Below, piece after piece: positions 1 to 14,661 of a DNA stretch of 64,000 bases. The position numbers were made by a program, and so were the translations under genes. The DNA is from Chrysomallon squamiferum. Lineage: Eukaryota; Animalia; Mollusca. Where the stretch lies: assembly GCA_012295275.1 (NCBI GenBank), contig CM022677.1, forward strand, positions 558,001 to 622,000. The letters run 5' to 3'. Position 1 is the stretch's first letter, and each line of letters starts with the position of its first letter. Under the pieces are notes generated by a model. It was given only the letters and a program-made list of their open reading frames with translations. It searched no databases and was not told the DNA's origin.

Positions 1-184
1 GTATGTATATATGTATATATGTGTATATGTGTATATGTATGTATGTATATAGGTATATATATATATCTATATATGTGTATAGGTATATATGTGTATGTGT
101 ATGTGTATGTATGTATAAAGGTATATATATATCTATATATGTATATATGTATATATGTGTGTGGGTGTGTATATATGTATATCT

Positions 185-568
185 ACTGCACCCTTTTGGA
201 TCTTATTAACTAAAACACACTCAAAGGTTTATTCCAAATTGCCCACTTCAAATGCACCTTCACCGTCCCCGTCCCCTTCCACTTTCCCTTCCCCTTCCCC
301 TTCCCCTCTCCTGTCCCCTTCCCCTTCCCCGTCCCCGTCCCCTTCCACTTTCCCTTCCCCTTCCCCTTCCCCTCTCCTGTCCCCTTCCCCTTCCCCGTCC
401 CCGTCCCCTTCCACTTTCCCGTCCCCTTCCCCTTCCACTTTCCCTTCCCCTTCACCTCTCCTGTCCAGGAACCCATCCCTGGTGATCCCAGAGATCCGAT
501 CCGTGATAGGCGTGCCTGAACTTTGAATTGGACGTGGGCACGTAAAAAGAGTTTCCATTCCATTCCAT
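185..568 (+). mobile_element. LINE 3' UTR/terminus (probably family X) with expanded C-rich tract and (TTCCA)n tail
   Basis: Terminal CGTGCC...GGCACG stem then ttccattccattcca; reverse-complement paralog at 55969-56180 lies downstream of the family X ORF2. Confidence 0.6.
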
Positions 569-890
569 CCTTTGATCAGTGCCCTTCTTGAGAGTCTTTG
601 TCTGCACAAGACAAAGGAAAACGCAGACAATGGTAATTATGGTTTAATGTTTTGTATATGTAACATACATCTTGAATGATTGAAGATGGCTAAATCTATT
701 ACAGTTGAATTTGTCAGTGTTATTCTTTTTTAAAATAGCATAGACTAATATCACTGACAGCAAGAAAACATTATCCTATAAAAATACAGTTATTGATACA
801 CCAATGTCTGTTTTCGGTTAATGCAAAATCTCACAAAAGACTGAGGACCCACAATATGCCGTTTTCGAAACACAGTACATAAAAATTATA

Positions 891-2667
891 AAATAAGCTA
901 CACAATACTACAACACCTACCAGACGAAACACTACTCGTCATACTCGATCTTTACAACGCAATATGGACCACCGGCAAGATTCCAACAAACTGGAAACAC
1001 GCCGAGTGTTTCAGCTTGCCCAAACCACACAAACATCACTCACTACCCAACAGCTACAGGCCGATCACGCTGACGTCACACATGTGCAAAACATTGGAAA
1101 CAATGATCAACACACGCCTGAACCACCAATTAAACGACAACAATCTAATCTTCAAATTTCAAAGCGGCTTCAGGAAGAAACACAGCACAAACGACCAGGT
1201 CACCTGCCTGCAAACATCAATTAATCAATCTTTTCGAAAATCAAAAAAAGTCATAGCAGTTTTTTTAGACATTGAAAAAGCATTCGACATGGTATGGAGG
1301 GAAGGACTGCTCGTTATATTAATCAACAACAACATCAAAGGCAACATGTTCGACTTTATCAAAGACTTTATTAACAACAGAACCATAGCAGTCAAAGTAA
1401 ACGGTCACACCTCAGAGAAAACGACAATCGAAAACGGCATCCCCAAAGGATCCGTGATCTCGCCAACACTCTTCAACATCTACATCAACGACATCGTCAC
1501 AGCACTCGACAAACAAGACAACGCCAGAAATCCACCGAAGGAACCAATAAATTCAGCACTCTTTGCAGACGACTGCACCTTTTCGCGGGCAGGCAGATCC
1601 ACCGCAGCAATACAGAAACAAATACAAAAAGACTTAAACAACATAAAGGACTGGATGTTGAAATGGGGCAAAAATATTTCTCTTTCCAAAACGACATGCC
1701 TCCTTTTCAACAAGAAATCAGACAACAACAAGATCACACTCAGCATCGACAACAACGTCATAACAGAAACAAAGACATTCAAAATTCGACAGCCAACTCA
1801 ACTTCCGATGCCATATACACAACATAATTGCATCCTGCAAAAAAACAATCAATCTTCTAAAGTTAATTTCCGGAACCAGTTGGGGAGCAAACGAGTCAAC
1901 GCTGATTTTGATACACAAAGCGTGTATTCTCTCCAAGCTCGACTACGGAGCCACGGCTTACTCGAATGCTCCCAAACTCTATTTAAAAAAACTAGACACA
2001 ATTCAATCAAGTGCCCTCAGGGTGATCGGCCACCTGCCAAACACAACACCATCCGACAGCCTCCTGTCGGAATACAGCATCCAATCATTAAAATACCGAA
2101 GAAAACTGCAGCTACTAAAATACAACCTGAAAATACACACACTCAACACAGACCACCCTTTCAGGGATCTGGTCCCCGACCAACAAAGGATAGGACAACT
2201 CTTTAAATCGCATAGTCTACTGCTATCGAATTTCCCGACAACAGCTAGCGAAATCGAAACGGAAACAGGAATAGAGGAAATGCCACTGCCGGCATACCAC
2301 AAAGAAACAAAACCAACAATAAACACACCTTTCCTGATCAAAAGAGAAACTGACAAAACAGAGATCCCACCGTTCAAAAAAGCAATTTTTTGGGCAACAG
2401 CAAACGACCACTACAAACAACACACGCACATCTACACTGACGGATCCAAAAACCCAGACAACGGGAGAGTAGGATTCGCCTTCATAGCCCAAGATCACAC
2501 AAACAAACCCACATGCATACAATTCGGCCGTATCAGAAATCACCTTTCGGTGTATACGGCCGAATTGGTAGCCATCATCAGAGCCATGCTGTGGGTAAAA
2601 CACAACAGCAACAAACACACAGTCATATTCTCGGACAGTCCGTGATCTGATCTCAATACAGTCCGGA
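891..2667 (+). mobile_element. I-group LINE (family Y) ORF2 fragment: RT plus N-half of RNase H, frameshifted
   Basis: YRPITLTS, QSGFRK, FLDIEKAFDMVW, GIPKGS, LFADD, HIYTDGSK, SVYTAEL, VIFSDS; 14-bp deletion near 1780. Confidence 0.92.
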
Positions 2668-3648
2668 TACAATAAGGTAATAACAACAACAACAACAAAA
2701 TCGAAATGAAAATACATTCACCATCGCGTCGTCGTGATCTCGCAATTCAATTTTACGTTGGAAGATATCTTTTTCAACCCGCACGCTCGCACGCACACAC
2801 ACAGACACACACACACAGACACAGACAAACACAGACACACACACAGACACAGACACACAGAAATAACATACGTACACATACAATCAGACATACACAATAC
2901 GGTCACTCAAAAAAAAAAAAAAAAAAAGATAAATAAATAAAAAAAAATATATAAAAAATATAAATAAAGAAATAAGGAAATAAATATTAAGAAAAAAATA
3001 ATTTAAAAATAATATATATATATATATATATATGACGAGAGTTAAGGAAAAAATCACATCGGGTTTCATCAGTCCACTGTCACCGCCTTCATTTCCTTAC
3101 ACGGCTTATCTCCCTCTAATAATTCTCGTTTCGTGTAGTCGTCGAAATTACCAGAGAAAAATAATCTCTAAATTCGATACAAAGTTGCCGCCGCCACGTT
3201 TATGTGCTTGATTCCAAAAATCATTCTATATGGATTTAGTTTGAACTTGGTACTACCAAAAAAATTGTTGTGTTTTTTTGTTGTTTTTTTCAATACGTTT
3301 AATAAATGAGTTAGTTTTGCTGCAGTGAACAAAAAAACGCATGCAAGACTGAGTCCACGGCACCGACGCACACTAGGCACACTGTCTGTGGAGTGGGCTC
3401 GATCTTCCATTCGTAAATATGTTTTCTGACTAACTGCTGCAACAACAACAACAACAACAACGTGTCTGATCATTTTATAAATTAAATCGTAATCGTCGTT
3501 ATTTTCAATTAAGACAGAATTTAATCATTTTTAATGTTCGAAGAGAACCTGGTCAACAGTAAATGGGTAGGTTATTCGTGAATAAATGAGGCAACTGCCG
3601 AATTGTCCGGTAGTGGCTGAAATTAAAAAAAAAAAAAAGAAAGAAAGA

Positions 3649-3681
<33 letters not shown>

Positions 3682-3751
3682 ACGAACCGACGTCTATTTA
3701 TCTTCGTTCTTCTTATTGCGTGCGCTGAATAACGACAACGATAACGGTGGC

Positions 3752-3813
<62 letters not shown>

Positions 3814-4100
3814 TGATGATGATGATAATAATAAATGAAAAAAATAATAAATAAAATAAAATATATTAAACTTAAAATAAAAACATGACAAAATAAGATA
3901 AAAACATGAGGAAAATAAAAATAAAAAATAAAAAAAATAAGAAAAGAAAAGAAAAGAAAAAGAAAGAAATAAAAAAAATAAAAATAAAGCGCTGGCTGTA
4001 TTCGATCTTCTTGTTGTTCTTCTACTCAAAGCAAAAAAGAAAGAAAGAAAGCGCCAAAGAAAGTGTGTGTGTGTGTGTCTGTGCATCTACGGTATTATAG

Positions 4101-4151
<51 letters not shown>

Positions 4152-4262
4152 TAGTAGTAGTAGTAGAAGTAGTAGTGGTAGTAGTAGTAGCGGTAATGAT
4201 AATAATAGAAAGGTTTCGTATTTATCCTGTGTTCACGAGTCATTTTGCACGAAATTAGCATT
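2668..4262. repeat. Paralog of the left part of the 5S cassette, lacking the 5S gene
   Basis: Colinear with 35437-37271 except at 3681-3684, where the equivalent of ~36579-36710 is missing. Confidence 0.85.
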
Positions 4263-5681
4263 CAATTGTTATGATTGCCTCGTGAAAAGTGGTCTTTTGG
4301 TCATTTCTGTGTTCGGTCGCCATCTTGACACTATTACGGAATTTTCACCATGCTACAATCACTAAAACCGGTTACGTGACACAAACGAAAGGTAAGTGGA
4401 CATAATAATTCATTTTCTATATTATTGTCTTTAAAATTTTATCAAAATGCTTGGACGCATTTAATTGTTATGATTGCCTCGTGAAAAATGGTCTATGTGT
4501 GTTTTCGGTGTTCGATCGCCATCTTGAAACTTTTAAAGCACGTGCTTAGCGAAATCGCCGTTAATTTACGTTTTCTACAGACCGAAATCGCGTTGAGTTT
4601 ATTTACAATCGCCGTAAATTGTTTCCTACCTAGTCAAGTTGTCGTATATTTTATGTGCAACTACAGATAACTGGTGCTATTTGAAATGATTATATTTCTA
4701 TAATCTATGTTGATTATAGTTTTAATAGCTTGTAGGATGCATGTTTTATTAAATGTTGTGACTTTTACTAAATACAATATGTATTCGTTCTGAAATAAAA
4801 CAATTAATATTGTTTTGTCGATTACTAGCATTTGATGTTTAACTATAATCCTCTGCAATACATAAACTCAGAAAGGTGTTGCCGGTCTTAATTAGGAACA
4901 ATACAATGTGTATATAATCATGACATTAAAGACACAGGTATTGTAAGTGTCATTTGAAGGAGACAAAAGAATTTTCTTGGCTTTGTGTTTGTACTTCCTG
5001 TGATTTGACAGCAAACAAAAGATACCTATCAATGTATCATGTGACCATCGCTGATGTTTTCTCTGATGGAGCAAATCAAACACTTGAAGTTTTAAAAATA
5101 ACCTTTAAGTTTAAAGTTTATGATATGATTACAGTTTTGATTGATTTATCAGTTTATGGTTTTACGTTAAAACAAAAAATAAAAAAAAGTTATACGTTTC
5201 TTATTTAATATTCTATGAATACCTCTGGTACTTAGATTCACAGAATACATTCATTGTACTGTTTTGTAGTACAGTTTGTTATGTTTATGATTTTTAATTC
5301 GCCATTTATCGCAAGAATTTTAAAAGCAAAACACGAAGTTAGTTTATTTCTGATCGTATTCATATTGTAATGTATATACTTTAGAAATCCGAACACAGGA
5401 GAAAACTATGCATCCCAAAAGTTATTTAAAATATGAACATAATTTCTATCATTTTAAATAGCAGCAGATCTTTTATATGTTTCTTACTTTTTTTTCTTTC
5501 TTTCTTTCTTTCATTCTTTTTTTTTTTTTTAATTTGTTTTAAGGCAAGCAATATACATTTGTGGACATAACTTTTGTTATAAATTCATACGCCATTGGTA
5601 TTGATAGCGACGACATGTACGTTGTTAGAAATATCGAACTTTGACCTTCCAGGGTGCTAAAAATAGCCTTGCTAAAAATAG
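4259..5681 (+). mobile_element. Internally deleted derivative of the 41731-47243 transposon
   Basis: Left arm with a ~200-bp tandem repeat joined directly to the right arm at ~4535; transposase absent. Confidence 0.65.
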
Positions 5682-5998
5682 TTGGTGAAAACTTATCACC
5701 CAACTCCTTGTAATGCCAAAATTAACTGAGAGTTTCTGTCAATATTATAAAGAGGATGGACTGTAATTAAGATTAAAAAAGAACAAATCACAACATAATG
5801 AACGTTTGTAATATTATGTAAAATGTTTCAATTTGACGAAAGTTGTGCGTTTTGAGTTTCACAAATGTCTAATTTTGAACTGTTGCCATTATCTTTGAAT
5901 TCAGCTTACGTTAACACGTCACACAGCAAACTGCCTAAATAACAAGTTGGTATTTGCTTCATTAATTAAACTTTTACCTGTCTGTGTATCAATTTCAG

Positions 5999-6698
5999 GT
6001 GCTGATTTATACAGGTATTTGGAAGACGCGCCAGAGCGTGTTGTTGTCATCATCAGCGCTGACCTCGCACACACGCATCTCAGCACTGACCCATACGGCT
6101 ACTCCAACGCATCAGAGCCATTCGACCATGTAAGTACAACCAGTCAGTCGTGCTTGAACCTTTTAAAAATACTTTAAAATTTCACCACAACAACAGTATC
6201 AAAGCAGATATGTTTTGTAATAGCACCTGAGCATATTTTTATATTTACGATTAGTAGGTGTTAAATAGGCTTATTTATTTGTTTGAATTAATGAATGTAA
6301 CTGACGTTTGGGAGAATTTCTAAAACTATTTATGTTTAATGTTATGGGTAGGAAAGAACATGCTGCAACTGTTTTGTCTTCAGTGTTGAAAGACTTGTGT
6401 GATTAGTACATAACTGATCACAGTTTGTTTTTGTTTCATTAATACAGTTGTCACGATGGTTCTCATTATTTGAATATTTCAGGCTGTTGGTGAGTGGGCA
6501 GCGACTCTGGACGGCATGTTGCTGTTGAACAGAGCGGCTGGACTAGTCGATCGCGCGCTGTCGTGTGGTTACACGGGTCTAGTCATGTTACATGGTCTGT
6601 TAGAAACTGCCGGGCTGTCGTCATGGTTATCAGACGTTTTAGCAAACTATCACCCAAGTTACTACGGTATGATGGTAGCATCATTCGTTCAGAGATGA
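5999..6698 (+). CDS. LigB/MEMO-like protein exons C (5999-6129) and D (6483-6698), open
   Basis: Canonical GT-AG boundaries; SADLAH, ALSCGY and PSYYGMMVA motifs; TGA ends at 6698; AATAAA near 6806. No upstream A/B exons in the window. Confidence 0.78.
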
Positions 6699-7689
6699 AA
6701 ACAAAACATTTCATATGGAAATGAAGACAAATGATACAACAACAACAACGACAACAATAATAATTATAATAATTATATGATGATGATGATGATAATGATG
6801 GTAATAATAAATAATAACAAGAACAACAATGGATATTTAGCTGGGAACCCGTTGTGTTTTTTTTTCGCTACAGACTTCAGTTCCATTTTACATGTGCAGT
6901 GATCACACTTCTGTACTTGTATACTTCTTTTAACACAACTTGCCTTTGATTTCGTCACTGACTGTGTCTGTAGACGTGTAGGCCTGTTCAGCTTTGATGC
7001 AGGCCTATCACACTTACAGGTAACACAGTGTTTCGGATGCAGCGTTATCTACAAAATGTTATTACAGCTTCGATGATGCTGAATTACGAAAGAAAAATGT
7101 GAGGCGCGGCCGCTGAAAAGGAGCTAAAGTAATACGCCATTATTACCTCAGATTTTCTCACTTACAAATCAACTTTTAATAATGATGATAATAATAATAA
7201 TAATAATAATGATGATGATGATGATGATGGTAATAATAAACTTTGATGTTACTCCAAAGCAACCATGTAGTCTTCTATAAATCTGTTTTAAAGAACGTTT
7301 TTCTAAAAAAGTGTATTGATACAAACTACTGTGATGCATCGCTTAACGTTTCATGTACACGCCCTTTGCCCCAAAAAATAACAAGAAAATAATGGTAATA
7401 ATGATGCTGCAGCTGCTGCTGCTGCTGATGATGATGATGAATGACAAACAAATACATAAAAGAACAAAAAACAAAAACAACATCAACAAAAAATTAACTA
7501 TTGGGACAATTCAGAAAACCAACTCTTATAAATTAACAAGGCGATAATATAGATTTTTAATTCCTATCGATTATCATTATACAAATAAATTACTATTTCC
7601 TTCAGATGTATTGTTGCTCTTTAAGGAAAAACACAGAAGGGCAGGTAACTCTAGAGTCATATGATTTAAGAACGAAATAGAAAGTCGAG

Positions 7690-8685
7690 ATGTGTTTTGC
7701 AATTCTGATTGTGTTTTTCACATCACTTGATTTATCTTTCTCCAAACTACTGGCCGGGTTCGTTCTGCCGCACGGCGGAATTGCTCTGGATCCGAAACAT
7801 TTCAATACAACCAACCACACAGCAAAACAAGAAGCGTGGAAAATTCACGAAGCCTGCAAAACTGTCGATCAGACGATTCTGTCTTTATCGCCCGATATAC
7901 TTTTTCTGAGCACGCCCCATGGTATTTCTGACTTAAATAACTTTGTGTTCTATTTAAATCCCACAGGAGAAGGCTTTGCAGATACTGATAATTGCAACTG
8001 TCCTCCTTGTTGTTATAAAGTAACCGCTAATCTTTCTAGCCAACTTTCGGAAGACATCGTAAATAAATTTGGCTCTGCTCGGAATATTTCGGGATTAAGC
8101 GGTTATGGTCCCCGGTAAAAAAGCGATGAAGCATTTCCAATGAGGTGAGAAATAGCATGCATGTAAAAATGAGCATAAACACTTCTTTTTAAATTAGCAT
8201 AGACTAATAATACTGACAGCAAAAAAAACATTATCGTATAAAAATATAGTTATTGAACACCAATTTCTGTTTTCAAAATTAATAAATAAAAGTCTCACAA
8301 AAGACTGAGGACCCACAATATGCCGTTTTCGAAACGTACAGTACATAAAAAATAAATATATTTATTTGCAATCCTATTGATAAATATATTATATAGAAAT
8401 GTTTCTATATATTTTATCCCAAAACTGACATTATTTATAAATACTCTTGTAAAGTAGAGTCATAACAATTTTTTTTTTTTTTAAAATTTGTATTTTTTGT
8501 ATTCATTTTTTTAATATTTATTTATTTATTTATTTATTTATTTATTTGGAACATATTAAGATGGGAATGAATGATCCCACTTCATTTGATACCAGATCTG
8601 GAAAACACAAAAGTTGTAATTCTCTCGCAGCCCAGCAGACGATATACACATGATGTTGCCATGATACCAGAACTTCTCCATTTAG
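7690..8685 (+). pseudogene. LigB/MEMO-like exons A (7690-8144) and B (8561-8685) with in-frame stops
   Basis: Near-identical to 49688-50667 but with TAA at 8116-8118 and TGA at 8568-8570; splice sites preserved. Confidence 0.8.
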
Positions 8686-11600
8686 GTATTTCACTGTTGT
8701 TTGTCTGTTTGTCTGTAAAAATTACATACGATTTGTAAACATTAGTTTATTGGTTACGTAAACAGCCCTCGTCGCAGATTTGAGCTTCCTTTTAATTTTT
8801 TTTTGTTGACTTTATCAATATTTTATAACAACTTTTGGACACCAAATGGATTATCGAAACGAGTTAAATCGAACAAACAAACAACAACAAAGATAATAAA
8901 TAATAATAAGGAACAAATTAAAATAAATAAATAAATAAAAATAAAAATCTGGAATGACATCATTTTACAGGAAGATGTTATTAGAATGTATTTTCTTGAA
9001 GAGATAAAGTAGATGGTTATTAATAATAAAAAGTATTTATGTGCTGGCATGTCTTTACGGACGAGTATGGTAAGGAGTTGTCTATTCTTATTTTGATAGG
9101 GTGTAATGTGCAATTAACATGTGTCAATAACATTTATTGTAGGTTTTTAATGTCGTCCGTGCAGATTCTTATTTTGTCTTGGTTCCCTTTATAACCTTAG
9201 TCGTATCATTAATCAAAATTACTGAAACGTGTGTTTTATGATTGTATAATGTATTATTATCAAGTCACCTGTATATCATAATTAAATAATTAATGTAAAC
9301 GTTAACTTGTATAGTGGATGGGTAGACTTACTGATTTATATAGTTTGCTGTCATTTTAGCGTTTATATTCCTTGTTAGGTGGCCATTAAAGCACCTTGTT
9401 ACCGTACACTGAGCCTTAATAAAACATCCAAGGTGTTTAAAGGTGTGAGCCCCGTGACAGTCGTCTCTTTATAACACTCCACAGTGAACCATCATAACAC
9501 ATTTGTGAACAGCAGTATTTAAACATACTCTAATTAATACGCATTGTAAAATTACCCGATTTATACCATCAGCCAGTTTCATTCATCTGCAGTCATAAAG
9601 CAAACCAGTTTTCATTTTGTGTCGTATTTCATCAGTAAAGTTTGTATTTTCTATGCAGCTATATTTAAAAAAAAACTAAAATAAAAATAACTTTCACTGC
9701 TATTCAGCTTGGTACGGTGTGACAACCTCATTAGTGCCTCTTTGACAGACTTGTTTTTAATTGTAATTTTGTTTTCTTTGAAGTGAATTATAGAATATTC
9801 ACTAAATCTTTATTTTTATATGCCCATTAAAGCAGAATGTCTGCTACATTTTATCTTAAATATCTTATTATATTACGATAATATTTATTTAGTTATCTTG
9901 TATAATCATGTTTATAATTTATATTTTTACAGTCCTTAACTCTTTACGTAATTAATGACAGAAAATAGGGTTAAATACACAAAAACTAAATAGCAGAGCC
10001 TAAATCTATTACTGTTGAATTTTTCATAGTGTTATTCTGTTTTTTACATTTATAAAAACAAAGATAACGTATTTTAATAATTAAAAGATTATTTAGAAAG
10101 ATCAAGTAACCAACTGGGCTGAATTAGTTTTGTATTATTTGTCAACGCTATTTGCTTTGATAACGTATCGTGGAATCGTACGATTTAACTATGTAACTGT
10201 ATATTACCCTTGAGGGTTAATTTGTGTAAACAGCATACACATATATATATATATTATATAAAACAATTATCCATACTGAATTCGTGTTTGTGTTATTGTT
10301 CTCTTGTGGATACAGAATAGTCATTTAATAGTTAAGCTGTCTGAGATAATTAACACCTTGTCACGTGATGCTATTATAGTCTGCTGCCCTTTCAGGTACT
10401 AATACCACTCAGACTAGTCACATGACATATGCACTACCTTCTGATTTCGAGTGAAAATTCCACAGCAAAAGAACGTATACATATCAGCTATGTCTCTGCA
10501 GGAACTCAATTTTAGAAGTAGTTTCACTTGTTAAACAATGGCAGTAATTTGCATGTAATTAGACCACAGTGTGAGAAGAAATGATCACACTTCTTTGAAG
10601 GATTAATAAACAATGATCCCATGTCTTGTAATAATATCTGCAGCTAGATGAATGAGACTATTTTCATTGTGTTGTGATACTTAAGTAAAGTCACTCATTT
10701 ACATTTAGTGTGAAAAGTAGAATCTGCATAAATACATGTGAGCACATTTTGTGTTGTTTATTGCACAGTCATAATGGTCAGAGTGATCTAAAAGATGACA
10801 ATGCATTTTAAAGTGAAATTAATAGAAGAGATTTCATCAGATCCATTGTGCAAACAAAAAGATAAGTCATTTAATACAGAAAAACAGAGACTAGCTGTCA
10901 TTCTATAACATAATGTCTATCACCAGACAGTGTGCAAAACCAAGATTTTGGCAGAGAGAAAATGAATAAATACTAGCAAGTTAACAAAACCTGAACTGAT
11001 GGTTGCATCAATGCTTTCAGCAAGAAACAAACAACATATCATCCATTTGCAATCTGATTTTAGTTTTTTTATATACAACATGAGAAAAATAGAAAAGTTT
11101 TTTGTTAAAGCTTTGGTAGGAGAGTACTGTGTTTATGTCTCGTGTTACAAGTTATCTTACACTTTGATGTAATTTAACACATTTTATTTGTAAACAGTGA
11201 ATCAAACTGATCTTCCTTTTGTGGCACTAAATTTAAAACAGTATTTATGTTAATGTTACAAAGCCACATTTACTAATAAACTTTGTCTTTCTTGTTTCTA
11301 GAAAATTCAGTGAATACACTTTAACTGATTTTAAAATCCTGGTATTTTTCAGACTGAACTAATAAAAAATTACTGATAACACTGCTTACATTTACACTTT
11401 TGTAAATAAACAAAGCTAAGCAAGGCTTTAGCATTCAAGAACTGTTAATAAAAACTATAAATGAAAATATTTTTAAAAAATGACCTCTTATCATTAAATC
11501 AAATGAGAAATACAAAGTTTAATAATTTTTAACATCTGTGATTAGTGATTACTATTGATTTTTATTTCAAATCTTTTTTCTTTGTGCTCCAGAATAAAAC

Positions 11601-13119
11601 TTTAAAAAGAAATTTAAGTCAATATTAAGTTTTAAACAAACATTTGTTAATGAAAACCAACAGTTATCTGCATTTCAGAACTTGAACAAATAATAAAAAA
11701 TGTATTTAGTGACTTGCTGTGAAAACAAACTTTGTCTGTCATCTACAAAGTCTTTCCACAAAGTGATTTTACAGATTATAATAATACTACATTATTAGTA
11801 TTTTAATACTACTACTACTACTGCTACTACTACTATTACTACTACTACTAATAATAATTATAATAATAATGAGAACAGGCACTTGCATAATTCTAATATT
11901 AATCATGATATAATAGTAGTACTTTCTGTTTACAGTATAAGTAAGAATAAAATAATAACAAGAAAGTGTAGTTAAACTTTTAAAATAATAAGAACAACAA
12001 GAAATTGAAAAAATAAAATTTTAAATTATCAAAAATGATTTTAAATATTTTAGCAAAATATTGAAAGAATGAAAAATAAATATTTAAACATCAAAAAGCC
12101 AATAATTAGAAGAATGACTTAAACATTAAAGAACCTATGATCAGTCTTTAAAAGACTGAGTCCACAACAGAAATTCATGTTAATAAAACTGAGACACTAT
12201 CAAAATAAATCTATCATATATCTTAGTAATAACTATTATACAGTACTTACTAATTATGATGAACACAGCTTCACTCAATTTTTATTTTCATCACATATTT
12301 TGTAATTATTGTAAAAATATTTCAAAATTAAAACAAAACATAACTGATCAGATGAAGAAAATGCTCTAATTAAATCATTCATCTCAAGCTTTCCAACTGA
12401 AGACAACTCTTACACACAAGACTCTTAGAAGAAAACATCAGGTGACACCTAAAGAATGAGACAACATGTTTGGGAAATGCATATCGGTGTTTTCTCGTGT
12501 TTTAATCACTTGTGCATTTGCTGTAACAACAATGTTTTGTTTGTAACTATTCTGTTATGAAGCTTCAGTGACTAACATTTAAACTTGAGCTGTTTATCTA
12601 TCAGATGTTGTCTACAAGTGGCGAGTTGTTATAAGAATTCAGCCAAGTGGGCGGAGCTACCGATTGCAGCGTCATCTAAAAATAGACGCAGGCAAGAATG
12701 TATAGAGGTGCTGTTTGATTTAGTATTATTAGTTGTGGGATTGCTAAGAAAAGGAGAGTTTTGAATTAATACGCTTCAGTATTAGTGGTTTAGTAAATCG
12801 TTGATGGTTAGCAGAATAACATATTATTATGTTAATGTTATTTATAGGTATTTGAAAAGCCCGAATGTCACCGATCAAATCTAATATTTTGATTGGACAG
12901 TTATTTTTGTACAGGGTCTTCCCCATTTGCACTGGAAATGATGTAATGTTGTGATCTATCGATCCATGTATCGAGCGTCGAATTACTCTGTTTAAAAATT
13001 AAAGATTATTTCCTAAGTGAACAATAAAATAAAATAATTATAACATACTTTAAAGTAAAATTTTAATAAGTGGTCTTAATATTTAAACAATAAAGTGAAC
13101 ATTATAAAGAAAACCATAA

Positions 13120-13188
<69 letters not shown>

Positions 13189-13282
13189 AAGAACAATAAT
13201 AATAATACATCAATAAATAAAATTAGGGTGTTAGCAACGTTTGTTTAATATCCGTCATTATAATTATATGTAAATAAAAAAA

Positions 13283-13344
<62 letters not shown>

Positions 13345-13818
13345 TACAAACAAAAAAACAAAAACACCGACAAACTTACGCTTCATTTCAATAACCATTT
13401 TACCACAGTTAAAACAAAGTTTTATATATTTTTAAGATCTCAACAAACAAAGAAAAAGTCATGTCAAGTAAATTTCTAACAGAATCACAGTGTTATCTTT
13501 GTACACAATCTTCTTAGTTTTCATAAATAACAATAGCTGAAAGTTTTATATATTTAGATCTTTTTTACATAAATACTACATTTAGCGGACATTTTATCTT
13601 TGTACGTCAACTTAGATTTTATATAAATACTAGATTTAGCTGACATTTTATCTTTATTTATAAAATTGGTTGTTTTAATTTCAGTTTTTTTTTTTTTTTT
13701 TTTTCAAAGAAACAATATTTTTCTCAAATGTTTTAAGAATTTTTGTCACATAAAGACAATATTAGAAGAAATAATTGTTTTCACCTGAAACTTGACTTGA
13801 ACCAATATAAACATTTTG

Positions 13819-14036
13819 CTTCACGGGCTACTCTTTCCAGTTAGCAGCAAAGAATCATTGATATGAACCATCCCACAGACAGGAGAGTACGTAACATGGT
13901 CATTATTATACCAGCTGTGAAGACTACCAAGTCCAGCTCACTTGTAAATAGAAAACTAATTCATTGAATATATAAGTCCACAACAGATAACTCTTGTGCA
14001 CTTCATAATAAGCTGTACAGGAGTTATCTCCCTTCC
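13819..14036 (-). mobile_element. Degenerate tRNA-derived SINE
   Basis: gggctactctttcc.gttagcagcaa....accatcccacagacagga resembles a SINE core I recognise from gastropod genomes; not searched. Confidence 0.5.
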
Positions 14037-14173
14037 ATTAACTCATTCATACATTCCATTGCTATTAACTGATGGAAAATTTATATTTACGATACTATCC
14101 TCTGAACTAATCCTTTCATTCATACTTTTAGTGTTTTTTTTTTTAAAAAGAAAACAATTCCTTCATTTTAATG

Positions 14174-14278
<105 letters not shown>

Positions 14279-14343
14279 AAAACAGGAACATAATCTGTAC
14301 ATTGTAAGTTTTACTTTTTCGTTAAACACAAATAATGTATGTT

Positions 14344-14426
<83 letters not shown>

Positions 14427-14568
14427 GGTGAAATTTAGGATTATTTTTTAAAATCTTCATTTTTTAATTCGTATTTTAGACACCACCATGCATTGCTTAA
14501 CCTAGGACAGTCACATATATGTATGTGTGTGTGTGTGTGTGTGTGTGTTAATATGATTATTATTATTT

Positions 14569-14661
<93 letters not shown>

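Larger units (their letters stand above)
5688..11219 (+). repeat. Segmental duplication, paralog of ~47960-53190
   Basis: Colinear high identity through C, D, A, B and ~2.5 kb downstream, up to the gap. Confidence 0.92.

Noticed and set aside
576-660. Flatworm-type spliced-leader RNA (exon ending ATG|GT)
   Set aside because: No convincing Sm site or 3' stem-loop; an ordinary first exon is simpler. Spliced to exon C it would be out of the LigB frame.
3034-3082. Hammerhead ribozyme (CTGATGAAAC on minus)
   Set aside because: CUGAUGA and GAAAC overlap, leaving no stem II, and stem I cannot form.
11120-11230. Decayed RING-finger-like coding remnant (THFICKQ...FCG)
   Set aside because: Needs several frameshifts and stops; too weak without a search.
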